A DNA stretch of 63,415 bases, filler included, from Octopus bimaculoides (taxonomy: Eukaryota): the NCBI RefSeq assembly GCF_001194135.2. It is 5 parts of 4 records of this genome, joined end to end, with 100 filler letters (N's around TTAATTAATTAA, not from the genome) between each part and the next. Parts side by side here need not be neighbours in the genome. Positions count along the whole stretch, not along the records: positions 1 to 25,567 come from NC_068986.1; 4 more parts are not named here. One strand, given 5' to 3'. Under the pieces are notes generated by a model. The model worked only from the letters and a program-made list of their open reading frames with translations, was not told the origin of the DNA and searched no databases. Each line of letters opens with the position of its first letter. Within the stretch, counting starts at the first letter, position 1. A program made the position numbers and the translations under genes. Shown here piece after piece: positions 1 through 11,640 of this stretch.

Positions 1-73
<73 letters not shown>

Positions 74-890
74 AAACCTTCATACCGACAAACCCCTTCA
101 TACAAAATATATATATATGGGGAAAGAGGGAGGGAAAGAGAAAGAGAGAGAGAGATTCAAAGAGGGACTCGCATGCATTCACATACGTATAGGTAGACAA
201 TTATACAGGCATAAAGACACACATATTTACCTGGATATACGTGCACGCTCATTCACATATATTCATACACCCATACACACGTAAATGCAGGCCCACACGC
301 GCGCATACTCATACTCATACATATAGTTAAACACACTCACACACACACGTATACACATCAACAAAATCATATGCATACACAATGGTCAATACACATACAT
401 ATACACATAAACATTCACACACTTACATATAGACCGATGTAAACACAAGGTTTCACACATAATACGCGCATACACATGAACACACATATATACGCCCTCA
501 CATAGTCAAGCACGCGCACACACACAGACACACACACACAAGCACATACACAAACATACACACACATATATATTTATATATACACTTTACATGTCCATAT
601 GCATTCACACAGATGTACATAGGCAAAGAAACACAGACACACATATAGATATAAATACGTACACATACGTACACTTAGACACGCAGGCAACTAGATATAA
701 GCTCGCAGACACATGCACACGCATATACACACACAGTCGTATAAATAGATATAGATATAAGAATTCACACGCACGTATATGTATATACACTTACACACAC
801 ACATGTATGCACACATATGTATGCACACACACGCACACGCACACACACATATGCATATACACATAAACACATACGGACGCACACGTGCAC
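1..890. repeat. (GT)n microsatellite and degenerate CA/TA low-complexity tract
   Basis: Near-perfect (GT)n at 1-70, then degenerate (CA)/(TA) runs. Confidence 0.95.
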
Positions 891-989
891 ACATTGTTAT
901 GATATGAGGTATAAGTAGGTAGGGCTGAAGTTATAGCAGGTCCCTTTTTTCCCTGCTCAATAGGGGTGTAGATCCCTTACTTGCTAAAG

Positions 990-1960
990 TATCAACACTT
1001 CCGCCACCAACATCACCACCATCGCAATCATCATTAACACCACCATCACCATCACCACTATCACTAACGCCACCATTAACATCAGCACCACTAACAACAA
1101 CATAACCAACATTACCACCACTGCGAACACCACTACTGCCTTCACCGTCACTACTAACGTAGTGCCACCAATACTATCACCACTACCACCAACAACAGTA
1201 AAACCATCGACCACCACTATTACAACTACCACCACAAGCGCCAACCCCAACACACCATCACCATCACCATCACCATCATCATCAACCACACCGTAACCCC
1301 AAACGCCACCATTGACTACAGCTATTCCTGTGACACCTCTGCATCTTCGCTTGATTTTCTAGAAATAACAACCAAATTTCCCTCAAATTGCAGCCTTAGA
1401 AAAGCACATGTTGAAATATGTGGTACTGGATTCCCTTGCTGCGCACAGAGGTAAAAACGAGATGGTCACAGCTGGAAGGCCTTTCATCGTTTGAGCAAAA
1501 CTGACTTGAGGTTAAAAAGCGACAACTAGCATGACCACCACAATGACAACCACCATATCCACCACCACTACTACCACCATTTCCACCACCACCACCACTA
1601 CTAATAACATCACATCCGCAGCCACTAACATAACCATCACGACCACTACAACAGTTACCACCACTAATATCCCCCTCCTCCCACCACTACCATAACCACT
1701 ACAGCCAGCACCAATACCAGCACCTTCTACAAAGACCACCACCATTTTCACCACTGCTTCTACCATCACCGTTACTCCTACCATCGCCATCAACTCTACT
1801 CCCACTCACACCAACATCGACACCATCACCACTACCACTACCGTTACCACTACCGCCATACTACCACTATTTCTCCCACCACTACCATCAATACTACTCC
1901 CACCCTTATCAACAACAACAACACTACAACCACCACCACCACCACCGTTGTTGATTACCC
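990..1960. repeat. ACC/ACT trinucleotide low-complexity region
   Basis: Degenerate CAC/CAT/TAC triplet runs, split by about 200 bp of other sequence at 1320-1525. Confidence 0.9.
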
Positions 1961-2649
1961 AGACACAATATCCATTACCCCAACACCAACAGTTAATTAG
2001 TTTTCATCTTAGCAATGCGGCTTTCTCACNNNNNNNNNNNNNNNNNNNNNNNNNNNNNNNNNNNNNNNNNNNNNNNNNNNNNNNNNNNNNNNNNNNNNNN
2101 NNNNNNNNNNNNNNNNNNNNNNNNNNNNNNNNNNNNNNNNNNGGGTGGGTGGGGTGATGCGTAGTGGACAGTGAAGTAGATGGAGAAGCAGTTGGAGTGA
2201 GGGAGAGAGAGAAAGAGAGAGATTGAAAAGAGGGGTGCAGAAAATAAAAGAGGTGGTGAGCAGTATAGTGAGTGAGTACCGAGATGTATGTTTTGGGGGT
2301 GAAAGAGAGAAATAAAGATGAGAGAGGGGAAGAGACAGACAGTGTCAGAAACAGACAGAGACAGACAGAAAATCAGTTGGAAAGAGATGATGAACTAAGA
2401 AAATCTGAGAATGAGAAAAAAAAAGAAACGGAGCAAAGGTGTGAAACACAGGTAGAGGAAGATAGGGAGAAATAAGTAAGACAACAAAGACAGAAAGGCA
2501 GAGAAAAGGAGGAGATAATAAAAATATAAAAAAGAATGGGCATTAGAAAGAAAAGGAGAGAAAAGCGAGAGAATGTGGGTAGTAAAAAATATTAAAAAAA
2601 AACATTAGCATGAGAAAAATGTCGTTTTATTATTTACATCCAGTTCTAC

Positions 2650-3330
2650 AGAGAATCCATCAGTAGTTGCCATGTCTACAGACAATTTTTGGCAATCTCA
2701 TCATAATAAAAGACTTCATTAGTTATCATAGAGTTGCGTTCGACTATTAGCTAGATCTTCGAGCAAAACCATTTTCTTTCATGAACCAAACATCTACCAT
2801 TCTTTCCAGAAAACATTTTGCCTGAAAAGCTGAAGAATTTCTTTGAAGTTAGGAAGGCTTCGGCGATGGGAAAAACCCGATGTGGTTTATAAAATTGCAA
2901 TATTGAACAGTGGGGCTACTCTTAAATTATTCACCATAATAGCTTTAGCTTTTGATATTTGCTTGGAAATAGACTTTGGCGCAGTGTGATGAGGCATAGA
3001 CTTGTATGTGCCGTCAGTCTTTCGAACAAATCTATCACCGATTCTCATCCCATCATGGGTGATGTGTTAGTAATTATGCTTGGAAACTGTAAGTGGCAGA
3101 GCGGATAAAAAATGTCAGGCTCTCTCCTTGGGATCTTTTGTTTGTGTCTTATCCTAAACAATGCAGTGTATACTGAATCCTTCTTTAGTATAGATTGCTC
3201 GTAAACTCGCTCGCTATGCTGTGCAGCGGAAACATTTATAGAATTGATTTGTTTCTGGCTGGTCTCAAAATGGCAAATGAAGAAACATCTAGAAAAATTT
3301 GCAATGTGGTTTGTCAAATGTGGTTCACAG
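2650..3330 (-). mobile_element. Highly decayed piggyBac-like transposase relic
   Basis: One minus frame with several stops reads DLFERL...SKYQKLKLLW*II*E...QFYKPHRVFPIAEAF...SKI*LIVE...NEVFYY. This parallels the piggyBac RF-E-L / DKLYKIRPLWD / YxPxxxxxIDES / GIKIxxL / NFxIY succession. Confidence 0.4.
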
Positions 3331-3689
3331 AAGGAAATGTCACCTTTCAGTGAGTAAATGAGTACCTCAGTGTTGCAGTATGTACCGTATAGTTACTATA
3401 TTTCGTACGTTTGACACAGTCCATTGCACACGAATAAATGAAAAATAAAGAAATAACATGATGAATGATGCCATAAGAGTAATGTAATGTTGAACAGAGG
3501 ATATAAGAAATTATACATTATATATTTGTTTAATCACTTGTTGAGCAGAGTGGTGCCATAGATGCGTACTGGGTCCGTAAGAGTTCCGTGGACCAAAAGT
3601 ACGTTCTGCAAAGAAATAGGCGCTGCTTTTTTTTTATATTTATACTATAGCGTTTGTGCACAAACTGTTAAGTAGCACTGATCTGAACA

Positions 3690-4390
3690 ATATTTAAGTC
3701 ACTTAAAGGACATTTAAACCATCTGAGTGATACTTAAAAGATACAGGTGATATGTAAGCTAAGAAGGTGATATTCAAATCATCCTGGCAATACTTAAATC
3801 ATCAAAGCAATATTTAAGCTTCCTAGATGATAACTTATATTTCAATCACCCGGACGATAATTAAGTCACCTAAGGGAAATTAATCTCATCTAGGCGACGT
3901 ATAAGTCATTATAATGATACATAAGCCATCTATGTGCTATTTCAGTCATCCAGGCAATATTTAAGTCATCTGGGTAATATTTATGTCATTTAGTTGATAT
4001 TCAAGACACCTAGATGATGCTTAAGTCATCTAGGTAATATTTAAGCCATCGAGACGTAATTTAAATCGTCTAGTCCAGTGTTTCTCAAACTGGCAAATAC
4101 TAGATTCCAGTCAAAAATTAAGTATTATTGAGATTTTGGAGCTTCTCTTTATCAATAAGTCGAATATAGGGTTTGTATCCATATGATCCTTACTCTCCGA
4201 ATTAGTGCTATAGTAAAGCAATTTCATTTCGACATGGCAATTTGTTCGCCCCCTTTTCAGTCCTCACAGCCCCCGCCAAGGTGATCTATTTTATGACAAG
4301 AACTGATCTAGTTGATACTTAGGTCATTAAGACAATATTTAAGTCAAGACAGTATAAAAGCCATCTAGATTATATTTAAGTCAACTGCGG
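3690..4390. repeat. Degenerate ~20-bp minisatellite (consensus about TATTTAAGTCATCTAGGTRA), interrupted by a MITE
   Basis: About 18 diverged units at 3690-4075, resuming at 4306-4390. Confidence 0.75.
4076..4305. mobile_element. Old hAT-Charlie-type MITE
   Basis: Begins CAGTGTTTCTCAAACT and ends AAGAACTG. Flanked by GTCTAGTC / ATCTAGTT (6/8 match, NTCTAGAN-like TSD). Confidence 0.55.
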
Positions 4391-4424
4391 TTACAAAGGT
4401 TACACTACTAGTGATGCACAGACA

Positions 4425-4900
4425 TGCTCGGCGCCTGCGATAGCTGCTGAGTTTCTTAGCCAATGAGTGAATGCGATTCATCTTCTTAAATGAGCTGCAG
4501 TCTTGGATGAAAAAACTGGCTATCTGACATCCAATTGCCAGGCGCTTTCAGTCTTCTACCGGCGGGTAATGGAGCCAATGCGGCTCTTTTAGCTCTAGCA
4601 TTCCATGGTGTTCATAAGTGACGATGTTCTGATATTTGGGCAGCGAGGAAAAACAACTGAGCAGAAAACATTTAGAGTAAACGCTTGTGTGCTGAGGGTG
4701 CTGTTGTACTCAGTGTCCGAATGCAGGGGTTGATGTCTGACCAAGCAGTGAAACAGCTTTATAGGTATTTCGGCACCTTCCAACGCGACACTAGAGCTGC
4801 TCGAAGCCACCCACCGATGCAGACAACAAACCACTTGCACAATAACACGAGATTTGTTGAGTCAGGCGTTGTGACTTTTTACTAATGCTTCAACCATCCT
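4425..4900 (+). mobile_element. Decayed Ty3/Gypsy-type reverse transcriptase fragment
   Basis: Plus frame reads EFLSQ*VNA...VLDEKTGYLT...SVFYRRVME...MVFISDDVLIFG, matching the LDEES / VFQRRME / VYIDDILIFG order, with stops and deletions. Confidence 0.45.
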
Positions 4901-5079
4901 CAATGCTCGGTTCTGCTGCATCACTCATTCAGTTCTGAGATTATGGACAACTTTGAAAAGTCCTTGCCCTGGCAGTGTTGAACAATATCGCCACTTTGGA
5001 ATAAACTCTTTGAGACGGTGTTCTTAAAAGTAATAATAAAAACGGTGGTTGTATGACTATTGTTCCTAATATTATCAAT

Positions 5080-5222
5080 AGAATACCACCATTGAAACCA
5101 CTAATACAACTATTACTATCGGTACCACTGCCGTGACCATAACTATTCCCACTACCACTATCACTACTATAAGAACTACCATTTTCCAAATCGCCAACTC
5201 TGCTACTACTACTGCTGCTACA

Positions 5223-5293
<71 letters not shown>

Positions 5294-5600
5294 CATCCTA
5301 CTATATGACAACCATCCTACTATTACCAATAAAACGCCACCACTTCAACTACAACCACCTAGAACTACCATACTTCAACTCCCTTTATGACCATCTCTCA
5401 AAGGCAACCAAATATATCACCATCACCACCATTATTCAGCTACTACCAACATGACCATCACTCACCACTCACACCAACAAATACACCATCAGCAGCTTCA
5501 CCACCACCTCTATAATTATTCATCTACAACTAGCACCTTCACTTCTACTCAAACCAGCCCTACTACCACCAACACTAGAATTACTACCACAACTACTGTT
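5080..5600. repeat. (ACT)n microsatellite in ACC/ACT low-complexity DNA
   Basis: Perfect (ACT)n at about 5223-5291 with degenerate flanks. Confidence 0.95.
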
Positions 5601-6736
5601 TCCTACACCTTAATCTGTGCTTAATATATATTTCATTTCTCTTTAGTTAGAATGACATTGAAGATGAAGATTACGTCCACTTGTACCCCTCCCCCCTCTT
5701 CTTGGTTCCATTAAGACCTCACTCCTCCCACCACCTAAGTGCATAAAGATTACAGGGGTTCAGTGTATGACTGCAGAGAGAGAGGTGGGGTTGGTATGAA
5801 GGGAGGGAGGGGGAGGGAGAAATTCAAGGTAAATGGAAGGATTCGACGAGAAGGATTGACTGGGTCCGTTTTATCAGCAAAATTCATTGGTAATTTATTA
5901 TTGCGGNNNNNNNNNNNNNNNNNNNNNNNNNNNNNNNNNNNNNNNNNNNNNNNNNNNNNNNNNNNNNNNNNNNNNNNNNNNNNNNNNNNNNNNNNNNNNN
6001 NNNNNNNNNNNNNNNNNNNNNNNNNNNNNNNNNNNNNNNNNNNNNNNNNNNNNNNNNNNNNNNNNNNNNNNNNNNNNNNNNNNNNNNNNNNNNNNNNNNN
6101 NNNNNNNNNNNNNNNNNNNNNNNNNNNNNNNNNNNNNNNNNNNNNNNNNNNNNNNNNNNNNNNNNNNNNNNNNNNNNNNNNNNNNNNNNNNNNNNNNNNN
6201 NNNNNNNNNNNNNNNNNNNNNNNNNNNNNNNNNNNNNNNNNNNNNNNNNNNNNNNNNNNNNNNNNNNNNNNNNNNNNNNNNNNNNNNNNNNNNNNNNNNN
6301 NNNNNNNNNNNNNNNNNNNNNNNNNNNNNNNNNNNNNNNNNNNNNNNNNNNNNNNNNNNNNNNNNNNNNNNNNNNNNNNNNNNNNNNNNNNNNNNNNNNN
6401 NNNNNNNNNNNNNNNNNNNNNNNNNNNNNNNNNNNNNNNNNNNNNNNNNNNNNNNNNNNNNNNNNNNNNNNNNNNNNNNNNNNNNNNNNNNNNNNNNNNN
6501 NNNNNNNNNNNNNNNNNNNNNNNNNNNNNNNNNNNNNNNNNNNNNNNNNNNNNNNNNNNNNNNNNNNNNNNNNNNNNNNNNNNNNNNNNNNNNNNNNNNN
6601 NNNNNNNNNNNNNNNNNNNNNNNNNNNNNNNNNNNNNNNNNNNNNNNNNNNNNNNNNNNNNNNNNNNNNNNNNNNNNNNNNNNNNNNNNNNNNNNNNNNN
6701 NNNNNNNNNNNNNNNNNNNNNNTTCATCGTCGACAT

Positions 6737-6773
<37 letters not shown>

Positions 6774-7559
6774 TGTGGTGGTGGTGGTTGTATTGTTGGT
6801 GGTTGTGTCGGTGGTGGTGGTGGTGGTTATGTTGATGTTTGTATTGGTGGCGGCAGTGATGGAGGTGGAAGCAGTAGTGCAGGGGAGGAAGGACCAGCGG
6901 ATTGGAAGGCTGTTGCTATCTACGTTTTCCATCAGAGACTAACAATCAGTTAGCAATGGTGGATAGCACAACTTATTCACTTAAATCACAGCAGAGCATC
7001 GTCTCTGAGTGGAGACAAGAGGGGGGGGTTAAATATATGGAAAGATGGACAGACAGACAGATAGACAGACAGGCACATACACACACACAACTACTCATAC
7101 ATACTGACAGGCAGACAGAAAGACACACACATACCCACACGGATATACAGACTCATATATTGAGAGGCAGGCAGACAGATAGCCAGACAGACAGGGATAA
7201 TGAAAGAAATTTAAAGAAAAATAAACGAATGCAGAAAGCATGGACGAACGAGCAAGAAGAACGAAAGTAAAAGATGAATGAAAGAAAAGAAAGAATGGAA
7301 AAAAAAAACAAGAAAGGAAAGAAATAAAAGAAATAAAGGAAGAAGGGGAATGTAGTTGTGATAGATGTTATTAGTGTTGTCATTGTTATTGGAGACGGTG
7401 GTGGTATTGGCGATAATCTTGTAGTTGGCAATGATAGTGTTTGTGGATATGGTGGTGGTCCGGCGCCCTGAAGAAGGTGATTAAAGCAGAATCCATAGCG
7501 TTTAGCAAACAACTAGCGATACTGAGAAATAGAAGGGAAAACTAGTTAGTAATCTAGAA

Positions 7560-7858
7560 CAGGGGTTTTCAAACTTTTTGACTTTATATTTTGACTTTAT
7601 ATTTCAGGCTTTACCTTAGGGACCCCCTTATAAACGCTTATGAAATTTATACATAAATATTTGCTTAAAATAACATATATTTTTACATTTATTTATTTAA
7701 CAGTATTTAACAAATAGGTTTATTGTCAATTAAAAGATTTCGATTAAAAACCATATATAAAATCAAATTGCCCATAAAAAGTATTTGCTGTCCACGGACC
7801 CCCTGTCTTGTCCTTGCTGACCCCCTGTGGTCCGCGGACCACAGTTTGAAAACCCCTG
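7560..7858. mobile_element. hAT-Charlie-type MITE, 299 bp
   Basis: Perfect 16-bp TIRs CAGGGGTTTTCAAACT / AGTTTGAAAACCCCTG. Perfect 8-bp TSD ATCTAGAA at 7552-7559 and 7859-7866. Confidence 0.93.
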
Positions 7859-7879
7859 ATCTAGAATAAGAGGTCAGTC

Positions 7880-8826
7880 AGGACGTTGTGACGGATATAC
7901 TAGCAAGGACTATGGTCCTAGATTATTTCTTCAACTTGAAACGCGAAGTCTGCCTTATCAGAGCTAAAGTCCGTGCAGAGAAACACGTGGAAATAACAGC
8001 TATCCAATGAGCTCGAGTAGCGGAGGCGCGACGGGACAACAAAATCACAGCCAAGTCTTTGGCGGACAGGAACGGGTGCATGCCAATCAATTTTGAGCAG
8101 ATGTGTGCGGCTTTTCTGTAGCACTTCACGAAAATTTTTGTGGAAGACGATGGATCGGCGACGGTGTTACTCTTTAGTTCATGCCTGGGCAGCTTGTAAA
8201 GGTTCTCAGTAATAGACGGGACGCTTTGTGGAAAGCGGATATCGACCACTGAAATACGGGAGGCGATGAACAGTTGCACAAGATGGTCTTCCCTACGAAA
8301 TTTACAGTTCATGCCTGATTTGTTTGGTAGCCAATTGGCAGACATCCTCCATAACTGGTAGCAGGACAAGAGAATTCCTAATGCCGTGAGGCGGTGAGTG
8401 GCAAGGCTGCTTAAAAATCCCTCATCAACTTCTTCAAATTTCACTTGGAAAGAAAGATGTGGATGGAGAGAGAAGTGATGCCCCACCCCCAGTACATTTA
8501 CTGAAAGGTAGGTGAATGTAGCGAAAATGGTCCGTGTGAGTGGACCTACTCTCATAATGCGCCTGTAGGCTGGTGAATTTGAGGAGAGGTGCACCCTTCC
8601 CGAGTACCCTCGAAGCGTCGGGTGGTTCAGGATTGGTAGGGTACATGAGCCAGCCCCGGGTTATCATCTCCCTCCTACTGGGGAAATCTCATAGATATAT
8701 TTTTTCTTGTTTAATGTTTATTGTCATTGTTTTCCTAATTGTTTACTCGTTGTTTTGTGTAAAACACTCACAGTCCTCGTCTACTATATTGTCCCCTATA
8801 TGTCGGGCCTAGTGGCCATTAAATGA
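7880..8826 (+). mobile_element. L1/Tx1-type LINE fragment with the RT domain deleted
   Basis: Plus frame RAKVRAEK...ISTTEIREAM...MPDLFGSQLADILHNW*QDKRIP (EN-RT linker) is joined near 8420 directly to the C-terminus SLINFFKFHLERKM...TFTER*VNVAKMVRVSGPTLIMRL*. A 3' UTR follows, with ATTAAA before (ATT)n. Confidence 0.8.
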
Positions 8827-8886
<60 letters not shown>

Positions 8887-8915
8887 TACCATTATTATCA
8901 TTATTATTATTATTG
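8827..8915. repeat. (ATT)n microsatellite shared by converging LINE 3' ends
   Basis: Direct reading. Confidence 0.95.
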
Positions 8916-9365
8916 CCTTTGCACAGCTTCTAACGCTAAAGATGTACTACGGTGTCAACTGTTCGCTACCAGTGAACTAAGGTAACACCTCTTATTTTTC
9001 AAGCACCTTCCGGAGTATTCGAGCGGTTCCAAGCAGTGCTGTTTTCTGCAAGTGCTCCACTCTTATTGCAGCCCCTATTTGTTCCATGTACTTCTCAAGA
9101 TTTTTACTCACTGTTTCCAGAGCTTAGACAATTATTGGGTACTATTCCAACATTTTTCATCGACCACAACTGCTTAACCTCCCAAGCTAACCTGTCATAT
9201 CTCTCGTATCAATTTTTTGCTCTGTCAAGTCCATACTTGTTGCAAAGTGTCCAATAGACAAGCCTGGCTATATTGTCGTGGTGTCTCTTATATTCCTTCT
9301 GGGATAGTAGCGTACATTGGCTGGTAAAATGTCATACGGTTTCACTATTTTGTCCACAGATTCTA
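8916..9365 (-). mobile_element. R4/Dong-type RLE LINE 3' fragment, internally deleted
   Basis: Minus frames include RHHDNIARLVYWTLCNKYGLDRAK and end QKTALLGTARILRKVLEK*. Homologous to 17951-18450 but lacks about 190 bp. Confidence 0.85.
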
Positions 9366-9366
9366 C

Positions 9367-9405
<39 letters not shown>

Positions 9406-9694
9406 TGTTGTTGTTGTTGTTGTTGCTGTTATTGTTTGTTGTAGTATTTTAACTTGGGTTTTGTTGAAACTCCTGAAGTTTCGCATGGGTAGCGAGGTTG
9501 CTACCTGCTGCCTGCGGTACCATGTTATCTGTTTTCAACTATCTAATAATTTCCTGGTGATTCTAGCCAAGCGGAGGAGACAAATTTTTAGCAACGGCTC
9601 TGTTGGACACTATTCCCATTTTCTTTATATCTTTCTCAGTACATTTTACTACTGTCCCCAAAAATTATTGGCACTGTCTTCATCTTAGTGAAAT

Positions 9695-10200
9695 CGCGTT
9701 TTGAGTTCAAATTTCACTGAGGTCGACTTTGCCTTTCAGCCTTTCGAAGTCGATAAAACAAGATCACTCAGAGAGCGCAAACTTCCGCCAAGGCAGCACA
9801 AACGTCCTCTCAACGATTAGCCGGAGCTGATATTTAAAATGAGAATATCTGAACGAGAATATCGCAAACGAGAATACTAAAAATGAACCCGACCGCTCTC
9901 AAAAGTTAAGTAAAAAAAAAGCGGAAAAATACTCCAAAATCCTTGTCCAGACTGGATCGATCCCAAAATCTTATCAGTTCGTGCTAGTTACGAGGACAAA
10001 CATCCCAGAAAATTTCATCGGATTCCAGCCAGCGGTTCTTGAGATATCTTGACCACGGACAAACAAACAAACACGACTGAAAACAATACCTCCGCCTTCG
10101 CTAAGGCGGAGATAATAAGTACCAGTTGAATACTGGAGTCGATCTAATCGACTTACCCCCTCCTCTCCCCCAAAATTGCTGGCCTTGTACCAAAATTCGA
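9695..10200 (+). mobile_element. tRNA-derived SINE (family A, GGTCGACTTTGCCTTTCATCC core) split by a nested element
   Basis: B-box GAGTTCAAAT and core at 9703-9756. Continuation AAGTACCAGTTG...CCTTGTACCAAAATTCGAAAC at 10117-10200. Confidence 0.85.
9757..10116. mobile_element. Helentron-associated non-autonomous element (DINE-1/HINE-like architecture)
   Basis: Subterminal TCCGCC motif at 9784-9789. Terminal 9-bp GC-rich hairpin CTCCGCCTT-cgct-AAGGCGGAG at 10090-10111. Inserted in an A/T run with no clear TSD. Confidence 0.55.
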
Positions 10201-10625
10201 AACTATTATTATCATTATTATAATCCAGTAGTCTTATTTTTATCACGTTCTTTAACTGCACTGCTGAGCGCAGCTCTGTGTGCCTTGGCTATGTATTGTG
10301 GTTTGCAGTGGTGCTCTTATTTCCACTGTATTGAAAGTGTTTACGTAGGATGTGTGCGATGCCTAGTAGTGCAATTTTTTGTATGTTATATATATTTGTA
10401 AGTCCTGGTCTTTTTGTTATGTATTTGTCTGAATGGTTTTATCATAACTAATGCATCTACTATCATACGAACTGTTTGTTTTTAGACTCCACGTTCGAGT
10501 TACCTTTATTACCAGATCTTTGTATTTTGAAAGTTTCTCCGTTTCCTTTAGAGAAACATTATCATCTGTTGGTATTGATATATCGATTAGAAAGAACTTT
10601 TTTTCTTGGTGATCTCTGACGACTA

Positions 10626-10958
10626 TTAGGTTGTCAAGAAAGTTCTTCTTGCGGAAGCTTTAATTTTGGTTTTAAATGATGTATTTTCAAATTAATTTTC
10701 GTTAAATTACTTTGACTTTATATATCATTTTAAAGCCCGTTTTTCACTTTATCTAATCGTGTTACTCTTTTTCTTTTTGAATAATTAGGCCATTTTTTCC
10801 AGAATGTTGAATATAACATGGACAAAAAGCAAATTCGCACAATTTTCTTATTCCAGTTCAAGCTAGGCCGAAAAGCTGCTGAAACAGATCGTGATATCAA
10901 TGATGGGTTTGGCCCAGGAACCACTAATGAACGTACAGCACAATGATGGTTCAAGAAA
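10626..10958 (+). mobile_element. mariner (Hsmar1/cecropia-like) 5' end with transposase N-terminus
   Basis: TA followed by TTAGGTTG TIR-like start. ATG at 10818 gives MDKKQIRTIFLFQFKLGRKAAETDRDINDGFGPGTTNERTAQ*WFKK. Confidence 0.88.
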
Positions 10959-11076
10959 GGTCAACTTTGCCAAGGTCAACTTTGCCAAGGTCAACTTTAC
11001 CAAGGTCAACTTTGCCAAGGTCAACTTTGCCAAGGTCAACTTTGCCAAGATCAACTTTGCCAAGGTCAACTTTGCC
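10957..11076 (+). repeat. 8 x 15-bp tandem array (AAGGTCAACTTTGCC)
   Basis: Eight contiguous units, two with single substitutions. The last unit runs into the SINE family A core. Confidence 0.97.
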
Positions 11077-11640
11077 TTTTATTCTTTCTGGAACGATGAA
11101 ATAAGAACCAGTAGAACTCAGTGCTCAATGTAATTGACTTATCCCTCCCCAAGAAATTGCTGGGTTTGTGCCAAAATTTGAGAAATATTTTTAAAATGGC
11201 GAGCTGGCAGAACCGTTAGCACGCCGTGCAAAATGCTTAGCGAGTACCAGTGTTTCATTGAGGTCGATGTAATCAACTAGTCTCCTCCCCCAAAATTCCA
11301 GGCCTTCTGCCCTGTAATAGATAGGATTACTATTATTATAATTTTGGTTTGTTTCAGGTTCGATCTTATTCCTGATAAGATTTATGTAGGTAGCAGGTTA
11401 CTACCTGTAACCTTAGGTATCCACAAGTTTCCAGCAGCCTTTCAAGTGCTTAAGAACCCTCCTGATAATGTTTATTGTTCATCCTCACGTTCTAAGTTCA
11501 AATTCCGCCGAGGTCGATTTTGCCTTTCATTCTTTCAGGGTCAATAAATTAAGTACCAGTGAAACACTGGAGTCAATGTAATCGACTAGTCACCTCCCCC
11601 ACAATTTCAGGCCTTATATCTATTGTGGAAAGGATTATTG
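11062..11640 (+). mobile_element. Three co-oriented family A SINE pieces (11062-11185, 11195-11340, 11483-11640)
   Basis: Core and tail motifs present. The middle copy has the head GGCGAGCTGGCAGAACCGTTAGC with an internal deletion. Confidence 0.85.

Noticed and set aside
1-1960. Poly-VC, poly-T/V, poly-I/Y/N and poly-H ORFs here and throughout the window
   Set aside because: They are translations of microsatellites, with no start context or domain.
5739-6953. Long ORFs spanning N runs (also at 13-16.8, 39.7-43.9, 50.8-53.3 and 57.8-58.7 kb)
   Set aside because: They are open only because N codons are not stops.
7923-8594. 223-aa minus-strand ORF
   Set aside because: It is the antisense shadow of the plus-strand Tx1/L1 relic.
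10957-11076. CRISPR-like array or LAKLT/KVNFA repeat protein
   Set aside because: The units are contiguous with no spacers, the context is eukaryotic, and the unit derives from a SINE core.
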